A stretch of 62,528 nucleotides of DNA from Fidelibacterota bacterium (GCA_002719095.1 PBGO01000024.1:1-62528), one strand, 5' to 3'. Positions 10,183 to 20,606 are shown, numbered from the stretch's first letter. Notes: generated from the sequence alone by a model not told the origin. Program-made: numbers and translations.

Positions 10183-10719
10183 TTAATTATTTTTTTCTTT
10201 AATTTCTTTCAGTTCTTCTTCTGTATAGAGTGAGCGCTCTTTTACTCTTTCATCGAAAGCAACAAGCTCAGATATTTGAGTCCCAATAGATTTTAAATCA
10301 TTCTTGATTTGTCTAAGATCTCTATTAGTTTTTCTTTTGTATGCATCAAACAAATCAGAAACTCTTGTTATCTCTTCTTCCAATACCTTATCTTTTTGCG
10401 TAAGCCTGTCATCCATACGCTCCATTGAAAATTTTACTTGTTCAATGACGAGGTCTAAAGAATCAATTTTCTTATTATAGATATCAATATGATTTATTAA
10501 CTCTGCTTTGAGAGAATCAAGTTTGAAACCTTGGTATATCCATTTATTATCTTGTTTCTCAGTAATTTCACTAATTTTGTTTTGAGCCATCACAATCTGG
10601 TTTTGAGATTCAGTACTATCAGTAAGATTTTTTTTACTTTCTGGAATTACCATAAAAAAAAGAATACCAAGCGCTAAAAATATAAGTCCTACACAACCTG
10701 CTAAAATTCTTAATAACAT
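10183..10719 (-). CDS. Membrane-anchored coiled-coil hypothetical protein
   Basis: N-terminal TM followed by long heptad-rich helix. Confidence 0.65.
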   Translation of the reverse strand: MLLRILAGCVGLIFLALGILFFMVIPESKKNLTDSTESQNQIVMAQNKISEITEKQDNKWIYQGFKLDSLKAELINHIDIYNKKIDSLDLVIEQVKFSMERMDDRLTQKDKVLEEEITRVSDLFDAYKRKTNRDLRQIKNDLKSIGTQISELVAFDERVKERSLYTEEELKEIKEKNN

Positions 10720-11034
10720 CTATTTTTGGTCTCCTTCAAGTTCTGCTAGCTTAATCTCCCAATCGGAAATTAATTGGCTAGATTTTGACTCTTTGGTTAC
10801 AGTCTTACCTTTTTTCATAAGACCGATTACAGATTGTTTTTTTTGTTCATGTTCTTTGAGTGAAGAAAAAAGTTCGTTAATTTCTTCATCAAAGTCAGTA
10901 ATAGTATTATTTAGTCTCCTAAATAACTCATCAAGAAGCAAATCACCATATTGTGAGCCAATATTACTCACAAGACTGTTTACCTTATCAGATAAGTAGT
11001 CAGAATCATTAATATCTGTTTTTTTGTTCTGCAT
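10720..11034 (-). CDS. Hypothetical protein
   Basis: Abuts the next gene, helical composition. Confidence 0.6.
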   Translation of the reverse strand: MQNKKTDINDSDYLSDKVNSLVSNIGSQYGDLLLDELFRRLNNTITDFDEEINELFSSLKEHEQKKQSVIGLMKKGKTVTKESKSSQLISDWEIKLAELEGDQK

Positions 11035-11096
11035 ATTAAATTAATAAATCAGGAATAAATTTTAATAAAAATTAATACATAATAAAAGATAAAAAA

Positions 11097-11570
11097 TCAC
11101 TCTTTGTCTAAAATATTAATATTTTCAGAAGAAATATCATCTGAATTATTTTTCTCCTCATTGAACTTTGGATCAAAAAAATCAAAAACACCATCAGATA
11201 AGAAGTTAAATACTATTGAAATGAAAATAAAAGAAATAGCTGATAGATAATAACCCAATCCAATGAAAATTGAAGAACAAAGAAAAACACTAAATTTAAA
11301 ATTAAATTTATTTGAACTTTCTTTTTCGACAAAGAATAAAAAAGCAAAAGCTAAAGGAATTGCAAAAGTCATTATATCAGAACTATTTTCAGAAGAGTAT
11401 TGATCAATAATAGCAATGAAAGCAACAACTGACAAAGATGAAGAGGTGTAAGATTTTAAGGTTAAATGATTGTCTTTTTTTCTTAAAAAATAACCTAAAA
11501 GCAATGATACAATACCCATAAATGCAAGTTTGAAAATAAATGTCAAATAGAAACCTATGTTAGCAATCAT
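11097..11570 (-). CDS. Membrane protein, possibly divergent MgtC/SapB family
   Basis: Several TM segments, LLLGY..R....LTLKSY and IGLGYY patterns weakly like MgtC; GAGG RBS. Confidence 0.5.
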   Translation of the reverse strand: MIANIGFYLTFIFKLAFMGIVSLLLGYFLRKKDNHLTLKSYTSSSLSVVAFIAIIDQYSSENSSDIMTFAIPLAFAFLFFVEKESSNKFNFKFSVFLCSSIFIGLGYYLSAISFIFISIVFNFLSDGVFDFFDPKFNEEKNNSDDISSENINILDKE

Positions 11571-11581
11571 TAATTCCTCAG

Positions 11582-13315
11582 TTATAAATGTTTTTGAAAC
11601 TTAAATGTCGGCCAATTAAATATAGTAATTACAGGCTGTCCTAGCAAATTATAATCTGGAACAAAACCCCATGTCCTCGAATCAGCACTGTTATTATGAT
11701 TATCTCCAACCATAAAATAGTAATCATGACTTAGTTCAAAAGTTGATTTTATTTCTATTTTTTTACCATTAATTAGTATTTTATCTAAAATTTGATCTTT
11801 AATAAGTTTATCGACAACAGAATTCTGAAAGTAATCAGAACAGCTTTTTAAAGAATAAAAGTCATATGCTATATTATTAATTTTTTGTTTAAAATCAGAA
11901 TTAGTAAAATAACTTTCAATAACAATATCTAAACCAACAAATCGCGAAATATAATTTTTTGGTGCAATATTCTCAAATCTAGCGTTCTGTTCAATTCCAG
12001 CGATACTTATAAAGAAATTGTCCATAAACTCAAAATTCAATTTTTGTATATCATAATTGTCTTTAATTTGTTTAAGTGCCTTGAATTCATTTAATATATT
12101 TATTTTTGCAGAATTCATACTTTCTGGTTGAAAAAAATCTTTCTGATTGGGTTTCCCTAAATAAACTGAATTATTTAACTGAATCTTTTTTAAAACTTCA
12201 AAAAATGATGTGATTGGAATTCTATGATCTTCTAGCTCATTATTAATTTTTTGGTTTACCACATCTGAAACATTCTGTCTATTATTGGTATCCCTGGAAG
12301 TGAAAATAATAAAAATAATTGAGATTAAAATACAAAATACTGCTTGAGATATTTTTTTTTGCTTAGTGTATTTATTATTTGTACTGAACAGAACGGTGAC
12401 GGTATAAAATAAAATTAATAAAAATACTATTAATCCCGTTGAACTACTTGTTATTCCAGTAAAAAAATCTTTAATAGTTATAGATGTATTAACCATGCTT
12501 TGGTAGTCATATTTGTGAAAAGTATATCTAATGTCCGGTTCAGTCTTGAAAAAAATGGGACCTGACTGGCTTGAATTTGATAAATCTAAATCAATTTCTA
12601 TATCTTCGATTTCGATTTTGTTACCATCCAACAAAAGAAGCATCAGTGAAGAATAGAAATCTAAATCATTATCTTTTAAATCTAGTGTCATTCCCTTGTA
12701 AGGAACTTGCAATTTCAAATTATCAATATTGATAATCTCATTTACATCTAAATTTTTAGATTTTACTGGTTTGTAATATGTAAAGGGATTATTAAGACCT
12801 ATGGATGAAATTATATTTAGTATTGACTTTTCAGTACTATTGGGATGTTTGTTTTTTTCTTTGGTAAATCTCGACATTGGGGGAAATGTCAAATCATCTC
12901 TGTATTCAAGTTCATCTTCATTGTCTCCAACAAATATTAAACCATCGCGCATTTCTACGAATTGCTTAGGAAGACCAATGCACCTTTTAACATACTTAAC
13001 GTAATCATCATTAGGGAATTCAAAAATTACAATGTCACCATTTCTAATTTCTTTAAATTTAGGCAATCTCAAGTATGGAATGTAAGAGCCTAATCTTGTA
13101 AAAGGTATACCTAGCCAATTTGGTGTCCTTAAGCCATAAATGAATTTATTTCCAATAATTACGTCATTTATTTCGATTGTATCCATCATTGAACCAGTAG
13201 GGACAACGTACACTTCCAAAATAGTTGTCTTTATAAAAAAAGCAGCAAATATTAAAACAAGAAAGTTTCTGACAGATTCGGGAATTTTTTTAAGAATATT
13301 TTTGCTAATATCCAA
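11582..13315 (-). CDS. lepB: Signal peptidase I with large insertion
   Basis: VPTGSM (catalytic Ser), YVKRCIG (catalytic Lys), YFMVGDNHNNSADSRTWGFVP; start uncertain (TTG 13315 or 13345). Confidence 0.92.
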   Translation of the reverse strand: MDISKNILKKIPESVRNFLVLIFAAFFIKTTILEVYVVPTGSMMDTIEINDVIIGNKFIYGLRTPNWLGIPFTRLGSYIPYLRLPKFKEIRNGDIVIFEFPNDDYVKYVKRCIGLPKQFVEMRDGLIFVGDNEDELEYRDDLTFPPMSRFTKEKNKHPNSTEKSILNIISSIGLNNPFTYYKPVKSKNLDVNEIINIDNLKLQVPYKGMTLDLKDNDLDFYSSLMLLLLDGNKIEIEDIEIDLDLSNSSQSGPIFFKTEPDIRYTFHKYDYQSMVNTSITIKDFFTGITSSSTGLIVFLLILFYTVTVLFSTNNKYTKQKKISQAVFCILISIIFIIFTSRDTNNRQNVSDVVNQKINNELEDHRIPITSFFEVLKKIQLNNSVYLGKPNQKDFFQPESMNSAKINILNEFKALKQIKDNYDIQKLNFEFMDNFFISIAGIEQNARFENIAPKNYISRFVGLDIVIESYFTNSDFKQKINNIAYDFYSLKSCSDYFQNSVVDKLIKDQILDKILINGKKIEIKSTFELSHDYYFMVGDNHNNSADSRTWGFVPDYNLLGQPVITIFNWPTFKFQKHL

Positions 13316-14999
13316 TTGCACTTCCGTTTCTGCGAGAATCAGCAACTCCCAAATATACTTTACTCTTCTTGTCGTACATTATACAATTTGCTTCTCCTAT
13401 AGTTCTTTTTTCAGCAATAATGTGTCCCATTTTATTTAACTCGTTAATTAAATTTGAATTAAATGAATTACTTTCAATAAAAATATTATTAGGTATCCAC
13501 TGGTGGTGCGTTCTTGGAGCTTCTATAGCATCTTTAAGTGGCATATTAAAATCTATTACATTAGAAATTATTTGGGCAACTGTTGTAATTATTGTAGAAC
13601 CACCTGGAGAACCAACAATTAAAAACACATCTCCATCTACATCTTCTATAATAGTTGGTGTCATTGAACTCAACATTCTTTTATTAGGCTCTATTGAATT
13701 AGCCCAACTTCCTATTAAACCATATTTATTTGGATAGCCAGGTTTGGATGAAAAATCATCCATTTCGTTGTTAAGCAGAAAACCACTTCCATCAACTGTA
13801 ATACCGGAACCATACCAACCATTTATTGTTGTGGTTACGCTAACTGAATTTCCCCATTTATCAATCACTGAGTAATGCGTTGTTTCTTCTTTCTCATTGA
13901 CATCTATGGAGATGGGATTGATTTCGTTTGAATCATTAGCTGAGCAACAGTCAATTTTATCGAACTGTTTTCGAGCATATTCGTCTGATATCATTCTTTT
14001 TAGGGGAATTTTAATAAAATCCATATCACCTAATGCTTCTGCTCTATCAGCGTATGCTATTTTTTCAATTTCAGACATATAATGAATATGTTGAGAACTA
14101 TGATATTCAATAGAATCCATATCTAAGTTTTCTAATTGATTCATTATTTCTGCTAAAACAATTCCACCTGATGAGGAAGGAGGCATTGTAATAATCTTAT
14201 GTTTTCTATATAAGAATTCAACTGGCTTACGCTCAACTGGGGAATAATTTTTTAAATCCGATTCAGATATTAAACCCCCAGTTCTATCCATACATCTAAT
14301 TATATTTTTAGCAGTTTCGCCAGTATAAAATTCTTCATATCCCCTATTTGCAATTCTGCTTAAAGTAGATGCTAAATCTTTTTGAATAAATATTTCATCC
14401 AATGTAAATCCGTCTTCTTTATAAAATATTTTTTTTGTTTCAACATCGTTGGCTAAATATTCTCTATAGTATTCGTTGTTTAAAAGAGAAAAGTTTAAAT
14501 AATCAATTTTATGTCCAAATTTAGCTAAATCTATAGATGATTTTAAAAGTGACGGCCATCTAAGCTTACCATATTTAGCATGTGCGTATCCAAAACCAGC
14601 AACTGTGCCGGGAACTCCGCTAGCATAAGCCGTGCTCCAACTCATACCTGGTATAACATCACCATTTTCATCTAAAAACATATTTTTTGTGGATAATCCA
14701 GGGGCGGTTTCTCTGAAGTCTATACTTGTTGAGGTTCCATCTGAAAACCTAATAACCATAAATCCCCCGCCTCCAATATTACCTGCCCCAGGATGAGTTA
14801 CAGCTAAAGTGAAGCCAACTGCAATTGCAGCATCAATCGCGTTACCACCATTATTCAAAATATCAACACCAGCTTGAGTTGCTAAATTATTTGAACTAAC
14901 AACCATTCCGTTTAAACCTACTGCATCAGGGAAACGACATATTATCGTACTAATTTGCAAGAAAAATAAAATGATAATTTTAAAGAATACACTTTTCAT
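13305..14999 (-). CDS. ggt: Gamma-glutamyltranspeptidase
   Basis: GGNAIDAA, GNIGGGGF, DFRETAP, ETTHYS (autocleavage Thr), LNNEMDDF, SSMTP, GSPGGSTI. Confidence 0.96.
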   Translation of the reverse strand: MKSVFFKIIILFFLQISTIICRFPDAVGLNGMVVSSNNLATQAGVDILNNGGNAIDAAIAVGFTLAVTHPGAGNIGGGGFMVIRFSDGTSTSIDFRETAPGLSTKNMFLDENGDVIPGMSWSTAYASGVPGTVAGFGYAHAKYGKLRWPSLLKSSIDLAKFGHKIDYLNFSLLNNEYYREYLANDVETKKIFYKEDGFTLDEIFIQKDLASTLSRIANRGYEEFYTGETAKNIIRCMDRTGGLISESDLKNYSPVERKPVEFLYRKHKIITMPPSSSGGIVLAEIMNQLENLDMDSIEYHSSQHIHYMSEIEKIAYADRAEALGDMDFIKIPLKRMISDEYARKQFDKIDCCSANDSNEINPISIDVNEKEETTHYSVIDKWGNSVSVTTTINGWYGSGITVDGSGFLLNNEMDDFSSKPGYPNKYGLIGSWANSIEPNKRMLSSMTPTIIEDVDGDVFLIVGSPGGSTIITTVAQIISNVIDFNMPLKDAIEAPRTHHQWIPNNIFIESNSFNSNLINELNKMGHIIAEKRTIGEANCIMYDKKSKVYLGVADSRRNGSAIGY

Positions 15000-15869
15000 C
15001 GTATTAAAATAGATTTTCTAATTGAATTTTGACTACTTGTATCATCTGAATAAATTACGTTTAACCTCACTTTCATAACAGAATCTTTTTCTTTATTTTT
15101 TTTTATAAAAGATTGCAATAAAGAAGAAGAATGTTTTTTCTTTACTGAAATTGTGAGATTATCTATACCTTTATCAAAATATCTGATGAAGGATAAATCA
15201 TTTTTGAAAGAAAATTCAACAATGTCAATCCCTTTTTTTATCAGATCAATGGCAAACTTTGTAATTATTTGCGATTCAAATTTAGAGAGTTTTTCTTGAC
15301 TATATCTCACTACCGGTTTGAAACTTTTTCTATGAATTGATGTAGCACCATAAATTTCCAGAAACTCTAAATGTCTCTTTGTACCGTAACCCTTATTTGA
15401 GGTTAATTCAAAAAAAGGATATATTTTACTGTAACTTTCGATGATTTTATCCCTGGTGACTTTTGCTATTATTGAAGCCGCTGAAATTTCAGCTATTTTT
15501 TCATCTCCTTTTACAATCGTTCTTTGCATTATATCAGTATTTAATGGCTGATTTCCATCTATCAACAATTTAGTTGGTTTTTTTTTTTAGACTATTAATT
15601 GCTATTAGCATTGATTTCTTGGTTGCATTCAAAATATTAATTTTATCTATTTCATCCTCGTTTACAATTCCTATTCCATAATCAATATTGGATTGAATTA
15701 ATTTGTTAAATATTTTAAATCTCTTAATTGGCGAAATTTTTTTTGAATCTTTTAATTCTGATACGTCTAGATCATCATTAAATACGACACAACATGAAAC
15801 TACAGGTCCAAACAATGGACCTCTTCCTGATTCATCCACTCCAGCTGTTATTTCTTTTTTTAATATCAT
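14996..15869 (-). pseudogene. rnhB: Ribonuclease HII, split by a +1 frameshift in an A11 run (possibly a sequencing error)
   Basis: GVDESGRGPLFGPVV, DSKK in 15570..15869; LIDGN, KGD, SAASIIAKVTRD, KGYGT..H, HRKSF in 14996..15568; removing one A at 15578-15588 joins them (LKKKPTKLLIDGN). Confidence 0.85.
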
Positions 15870-15910
15870 AACTTTCTTTAATATAAATAAAAAAGATAAT
15901 AAATTAAACA

Positions 15911-15989
15911 GATGTTAGGGGTGCTTAAATGCTGAGATTATACCCTATTAATTAACCTGAACTAGATAATGCTAGCGGAGGAAAACATG
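15911..15989 (+). promoter_or_regulatory. TPP (THI-box) riboswitch
   Basis: AGGGGTGC-N-GCTGAGA-TT-ATACCC...ACCTGA-ACTAGATAATGCTAGCGGAGG matches the TPP core; ATGTT/AACAT can form P1. Confidence 0.92.
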
Positions 15990-18401
15990 AAAAATAATCC
16001 AATTTTTTTAATCCTATTGAGTTCTTTAGCTTTTACACAAACTTTTCAACTAGTTGATGAAAGTAACTACCCTATTACATATGCTCAAATATATAATACA
16101 AATCTTGGAATAGGATCAATTTCAGATGCTGATGGATATTTTACCATATCCTACGAAAAGTGCATCGAACTAAATATTGACTATATTGGATTTCAAAAAA
16201 AAATAATCAATACTTGTAGAGCATCAGATATTATAAGATTAATTAAATCACCACTCCCATCAAGAGAAATATCTGTTATCGGCGATTTAGGTAACTCAAA
16301 GCTCAAAAACCTCATATCAGATGTTCAATTATTTTCCAAAAATGATATTGTAAATTCAAATAAAGAAGATTTATCAGATGTCTTAAAATCATCAACAAAC
16401 CTTGCGTATTCTTCATTACATTCAAGAGTAAAATACTTTCAAATTAGAGGTATTGGCGAAATAGAACAGTTTGTCGGTCAAGCAGGTCCAAATTATTATG
16501 TAGGGACTATGATAGATGAAGTGAACCTAAGTGGTATAGGTATGCCAATTTTCTTACATGATGTTGAGCAAGTTGAAATATTTAAAGGCCCTCAATCTTT
16601 TACTGTTGGACAAAACGCTATGGCAGGATTAATAAGAGTTAATACCATTGATCCAAAAGCATTTTTTGAAAGTAAATTCAGTATAGATGTTGGTAATTAT
16701 GGTAAAAATAACTTGACTTTTATGCTCAATCAGCCATTAAATGCTAATACTGCTTTACGAGTTTCAGTTGCTAAAAATAAAGACGATGGGTTCATCTTTA
16801 ATAACTATTATGGTAAGTACTTGAATGGAAAGAATGAATTAATTTCTAATTTTAAAGTTAAATACAATAAAGCTCTTAGTTCAGGAAATTTATTCTCTTT
16901 CTCAGCAATGAGCATGCATTCAGACCTAGATAATGGTAATGATAAATGGAGTCATTCTAATTTTAATGAACTTGATGTAACAAATTTTGAAACCGATACA
17001 GATTTCATCGGGCGTGATACTTTTTTGGGTAAATCAAACATTATAAAAGGAACATTTGTTGATAATAAAAATTTCCAAAAGATTAATCTTATTTTTACTA
17101 AATCAAAATATGACTTAAACTACGATTATGATGGGGATTGGTCAAATGAAAGTCATTGGAATGATTTGTATACAAATCCATTGAGCGAAAGTTATAGTGA
17201 AAATGCTTATTCATATTGGGCATTCCCAACATTCGAATCAAGATCAAGGCATGATAACAGCATGGAATTTAAATTGTCTAAATCATTTAAAAAGCATAAC
17301 CTCATTTTTGGTATTTTCAAAAAAGAAATTACTGAACGTGATATTGGGACTGGATTTATCTTTGATTTAGGTGTTGGTTACGTTGATAATTACAAAACGA
17401 GATATTCAACTGATTATAATTCCTTTTACATACAACACACTTTATCATTAGATGATGAAAAATCACTAACACTCAATTTTAGAAATGATGATTATAATAA
17501 TGAGTTTGATTACAACTATACCTACTATGATAATAATTCATATTTAACAAGTGAATACAAAACCGATGGTCAGGTTTATAAATATTCAAATTCTATACAA
17601 AGTTTTAGAATCGGTACAAATATAGATAATTTTTATTTTTCGGTCAGCAAAGGTCATAAAGCTGGAGGAATGAATTTAAGTCCATCTTCTCTAGTCACTG
17701 CTAATAATGATACAGTAACAGTTCTTAATAATATTGATCGAAAATATGATCCTGAGACAAATATAAATTATGATATTGGTTATTCATTAAATTTTAATAA
17801 TCTAAATCTAAATCTTACTTTATTTTACATGGATAGAAAAAATGTTCAGGTAAAACTTCAAGATCAAATTGGAGATTGTCCAACATGTTACTTATTCATA
17901 ACAAAAAATATAACAGAAGCTATTAATACTGGTATTGATTTAGAATCAAGCTACAGACTTAATTCTAATTTTTTAATGTTTTTAAACTTAGGCTTGTTAG
18001 AAACTGAAAGAGCAAATTATTCGCATACAAACTATGCTGGAACAACGAATTATTATCTTAAAAGAGAGCTCTCTAATGCTCCAAAATGGAGTTTAGCAAC
18101 TGGTTTTGAATACAGTTTAAATGATTTATTTTTTTTGAGATATGATATATCTTCAAAAGATTCATACTATTACTACGATGATTTAAATGATAAGTCTTCA
18201 GTTACAACAACTCACAATATCAATTCTAGGTACATTATAGATGAAAATATTAATCTGACAATCTGGGTTAAAAATCTAACAAATAAAGTTTATCCTGCTC
18301 ATATATATAATTTTTCTCATGGTCCAGGACTTGAAGCACAGCAATGGAAATCTCCAACATTACCCATGACCTACGGTTTAAAAATAGATTATAAATTTTG
18401 A
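15987..18401 (+). CDS. TonB-dependent receptor, likely for thiamine or a precursor
   Basis: Signal peptide, plug motifs FQIRGIG and QVEIFKGPQ, C-terminal YGLKIDYKF; TPP riboswitch upstream; start moved to ATG 15987. Confidence 0.9.
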   Translation: MKNNPIFLILLSSLAFTQTFQLVDESNYPITYAQIYNTNLGIGSISDADGYFTISYEKCIELNIDYIGFQKKIINTCRASDIIRLIKSPLPSREISVIGDLGNSKLKNLISDVQLFSKNDIVNSNKEDLSDVLKSSTNLAYSSLHSRVKYFQIRGIGEIEQFVGQAGPNYYVGTMIDEVNLSGIGMPIFLHDVEQVEIFKGPQSFTVGQNAMAGLIRVNTIDPKAFFESKFSIDVGNYGKNNLTFMLNQPLNANTALRVSVAKNKDDGFIFNNYYGKYLNGKNELISNFKVKYNKALSSGNLFSFSAMSMHSDLDNGNDKWSHSNFNELDVTNFETDTDFIGRDTFLGKSNIIKGTFVDNKNFQKINLIFTKSKYDLNYDYDGDWSNESHWNDLYTNPLSESYSENAYSYWAFPTFESRSRHDNSMEFKLSKSFKKHNLIFGIFKKEITERDIGTGFIFDLGVGYVDNYKTRYSTDYNSFYIQHTLSLDDEKSLTLNFRNDDYNNEFDYNYTYYDNNSYLTSEYKTDGQVYKYSNSIQSFRIGTNIDNFYFSVSKGHKAGGMNLSPSSLVTANNDTVTVLNNIDRKYDPETNINYDIGYSLNFNNLNLNLTLFYMDRKNVQVKLQDQIGDCPTCYLFITKNITEAINTGIDLESSYRLNSNFLMFLNLGLLETERANYSHTNYAGTTNYYLKRELSNAPKWSLATGFEYSLNDLFFLRYDISSKDSYYYYDDLNDKSSVTTTHNINSRYIIDENINLTIWVKNLTNKVYPAHIYNFSHGPGLEAQQWKSPTLPMTYGLKIDYKF

Positions 18402-18402
18402 T

Positions 18403-19722
18403 TTGTTTTACATAATAGCAATTTACTTTTTGATTATTATTTTTGTTGGACTATCAACTAGGTACAGCAAAAATAATATAGATTTTATCTATGCAGGAAG
18501 AAAACTAACCGCTCTTCCACTAATGCTAACTTTAGTTACAACATGGTATGGCGCTATATCAAGTGTTGGTCAAGAAATATCATATAATGGAATTTCTACA
18601 TGGCTCTATTTTAGCTTAACCTACTATATAGCTGCATTCATTTATTCTGAATTCATATCAGATCGAATCATTGATAAAAATATTAGTTCCATAACAATTG
18701 GTATACTTAATCATATGGGAAAGAAAGCAGCGATAGTTTCTATTCCAGTTGTTCTTCTTTACACATCACCGGCGCCATACCTTATCATGTTGGCAAACAT
18801 TATTAATAATGTGATTTTTGAATCTAATCATTATTCACTTTCTTTATTTTTGGGATTATTACTAAGTGTAATTTATTGTTTTAAAGGTGGATTTAAATCT
18901 ATTGTTAATACTGATAAGTATCAATTTTTATTTATGTTTGCAGGATTTGTAACACTGACTGTATATATAATATTTTTCTATGATTATGGTTTCAAAAGAT
19001 TAGCAGAAACCTATTACTCCAATACAGAACTTTTTAACATACCTGGCAAACAAGGCTATATGTATATACTTGCTTGGGGCTTTATAGCAATTTTAACGTT
19101 TATTGATCCAAATTTTCATCAGCGTACGTTTTCATCAAAAAATAAAGTAGAAATAAAAAAAGCTATTCGTATGTCGATTTTATGTTGGTTCATTTTCGAT
19201 ATGATAATTCTATTTTGTGGTCTTTATACTATAGGAACAAACTCAACTACTCCATATATTTCACTTGCAATAGACATCTATAGCGGCTATCCATTGTTGT
19301 ATGGTTTATTTATAGTTTCAATATTATCTATCATAATGTCAACAATCGATAGTTTAACATTTGTATCAGCATTGATAATTGGCAAAGATCTTAAATCTAT
19401 TTTTAATAAGAAGTTTAATCAAAAAGATATTAAATGGGGTATAGTATTTACAATCCTAATATCACTAATCATAATTCAATTTTTTGAAAATAATAGAATT
19501 ATTGAAATATGGTTTGTATTTGGAAGTTATATGGTTAGCGCGTTGCTTGTACCTTTTTTTTGTATAATTTCTGGAATAAAAGTTAAACATCCATTATTTC
19601 TAATTCTAGCTCCACTTTTAGTAACGTTATATTTTGATATTATAAAGATTGATTGGATTATTTCAATGTATCCAGGATTAGTTTTGAGTTTTATTTTGAT
19701 GATATTTTTGAAAAAAAATTAA
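18403..19722 (+). CDS. Sodium:solute symporter (ThiV-like)
   Basis: DFIYAGRKL, TLVTTWYG, KGGFKSIVNTD..QF, IMSTIDS; many TM segments; same operon as TPP-controlled receptor; start codon uncertain. Confidence 0.87.
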   Translation: MFYIIAIYFLIIIFVGLSTRYSKNNIDFIYAGRKLTALPLMLTLVTTWYGAISSVGQEISYNGISTWLYFSLTYYIAAFIYSEFISDRIIDKNISSITIGILNHMGKKAAIVSIPVVLLYTSPAPYLIMLANIINNVIFESNHYSLSLFLGLLLSVIYCFKGGFKSIVNTDKYQFLFMFAGFVTLTVYIIFFYDYGFKRLAETYYSNTELFNIPGKQGYMYILAWGFIAILTFIDPNFHQRTFSSKNKVEIKKAIRMSILCWFIFDMIILFCGLYTIGTNSTTPYISLAIDIYSGYPLLYGLFIVSILSIIMSTIDSLTFVSALIIGKDLKSIFNKKFNQKDIKWGIVFTILISLIIIQFFENNRIIEIWFVFGSYMVSALLVPFFCIISGIKVKHPLFLILAPLLVTLYFDIIKIDWIISMYPGLVLSFILMIFLKKN

Positions 19723-20606
19723 GTATTATTTAATTTTGCAGAACTCACTGTATTATAAAGCAACATTGCTATAGTCATTGGTCCTACTCCTCCTGGGACG
19801 GGTGTCAGATGCGACGCAATATTAATAACAGATTCAAAATCTACATCTCCAACTATTTTGTAACTTTTCTTTGCGCTATTTTCGACAATACGATTTATGC
19901 CCACATCAATAATAACTGAACCTTTTTTTATCATATTACCTTTTAAAAAATTTGGGATGCCAATAGCACAAACAACTATATCAGCATTCAGTGTGTGGTG
20001 TCTTAAATTATTTGTCCTTGAGTGACACATAGTCACTGTAGCGTTACCTGTTTCAAACTTTTGAGAAAGTAGCGCGAACATTGGCTTTCCTACGATGTTA
20101 CTTCTTCCAATTACAACACAATTCTTGCCTGAAGTATTGATTTTGTAATAATCAAGAATTTTTATTATTCCATGAGGCGTACAAGGAATGAATTGCGGGT
20201 TACCAGAAAATAATTTTCCTACGTTGTATGGATGAAATCCATCAACATCTTTTTTTGGAGTTATGGTCTCTAAAATTATAGAATCGTCGAAGCTTTTTGG
20301 CAGAGGTAGCTGAACTAATATACCGTGAATTGAATCGTCGTTATTTAGTTGTTTTATACAGCTTATTATTTCACTTTGATTAGAATCTGATGAGAAATTA
20401 AAAGTTTCGCTTTCACATCCATTTTTAACAAAAAATTTTGATTTGTTCTTAATATATATTTTTGATGCAGGATTATCTCCAACTAAAATCGCAGCAAGTT
20501 TCGGAATAATGTTTTTATTTTTTAGATCCTTTATTGAAGAACTTAATTTTTGCGTTATATCGGAAGAAACTATTTTTCCTAAAAGGAGATTACTTTTTTG
20601 ATTCAT
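19719..20606 (-). CDS. folD: Methylenetetrahydrofolate dehydrogenase/cyclohydrolase
   Basis: HGILVQLPLP, KDVDGFHP, PCTP, GRSNIVGKP, TPVPGGVGPMT. Confidence 0.97.
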   Translation of the reverse strand: MNQKSNLLLGKIVSSDITQKLSSSIKDLKNKNIIPKLAAILVGDNPASKIYIKNKSKFFVKNGCESETFNFSSDSNQSEIISCIKQLNNDDSIHGILVQLPLPKSFDDSIILETITPKKDVDGFHPYNVGKLFSGNPQFIPCTPHGIIKILDYYKINTSGKNCVVIGRSNIVGKPMFALLSQKFETGNATVTMCHSRTNNLRHHTLNADIVVCAIGIPNFLKGNMIKKGSVIIDVGINRIVENSAKKSYKIVGDVDFESVINIASHLTPVPGGVGPMTIAMLLYNTVSSAKLNNT

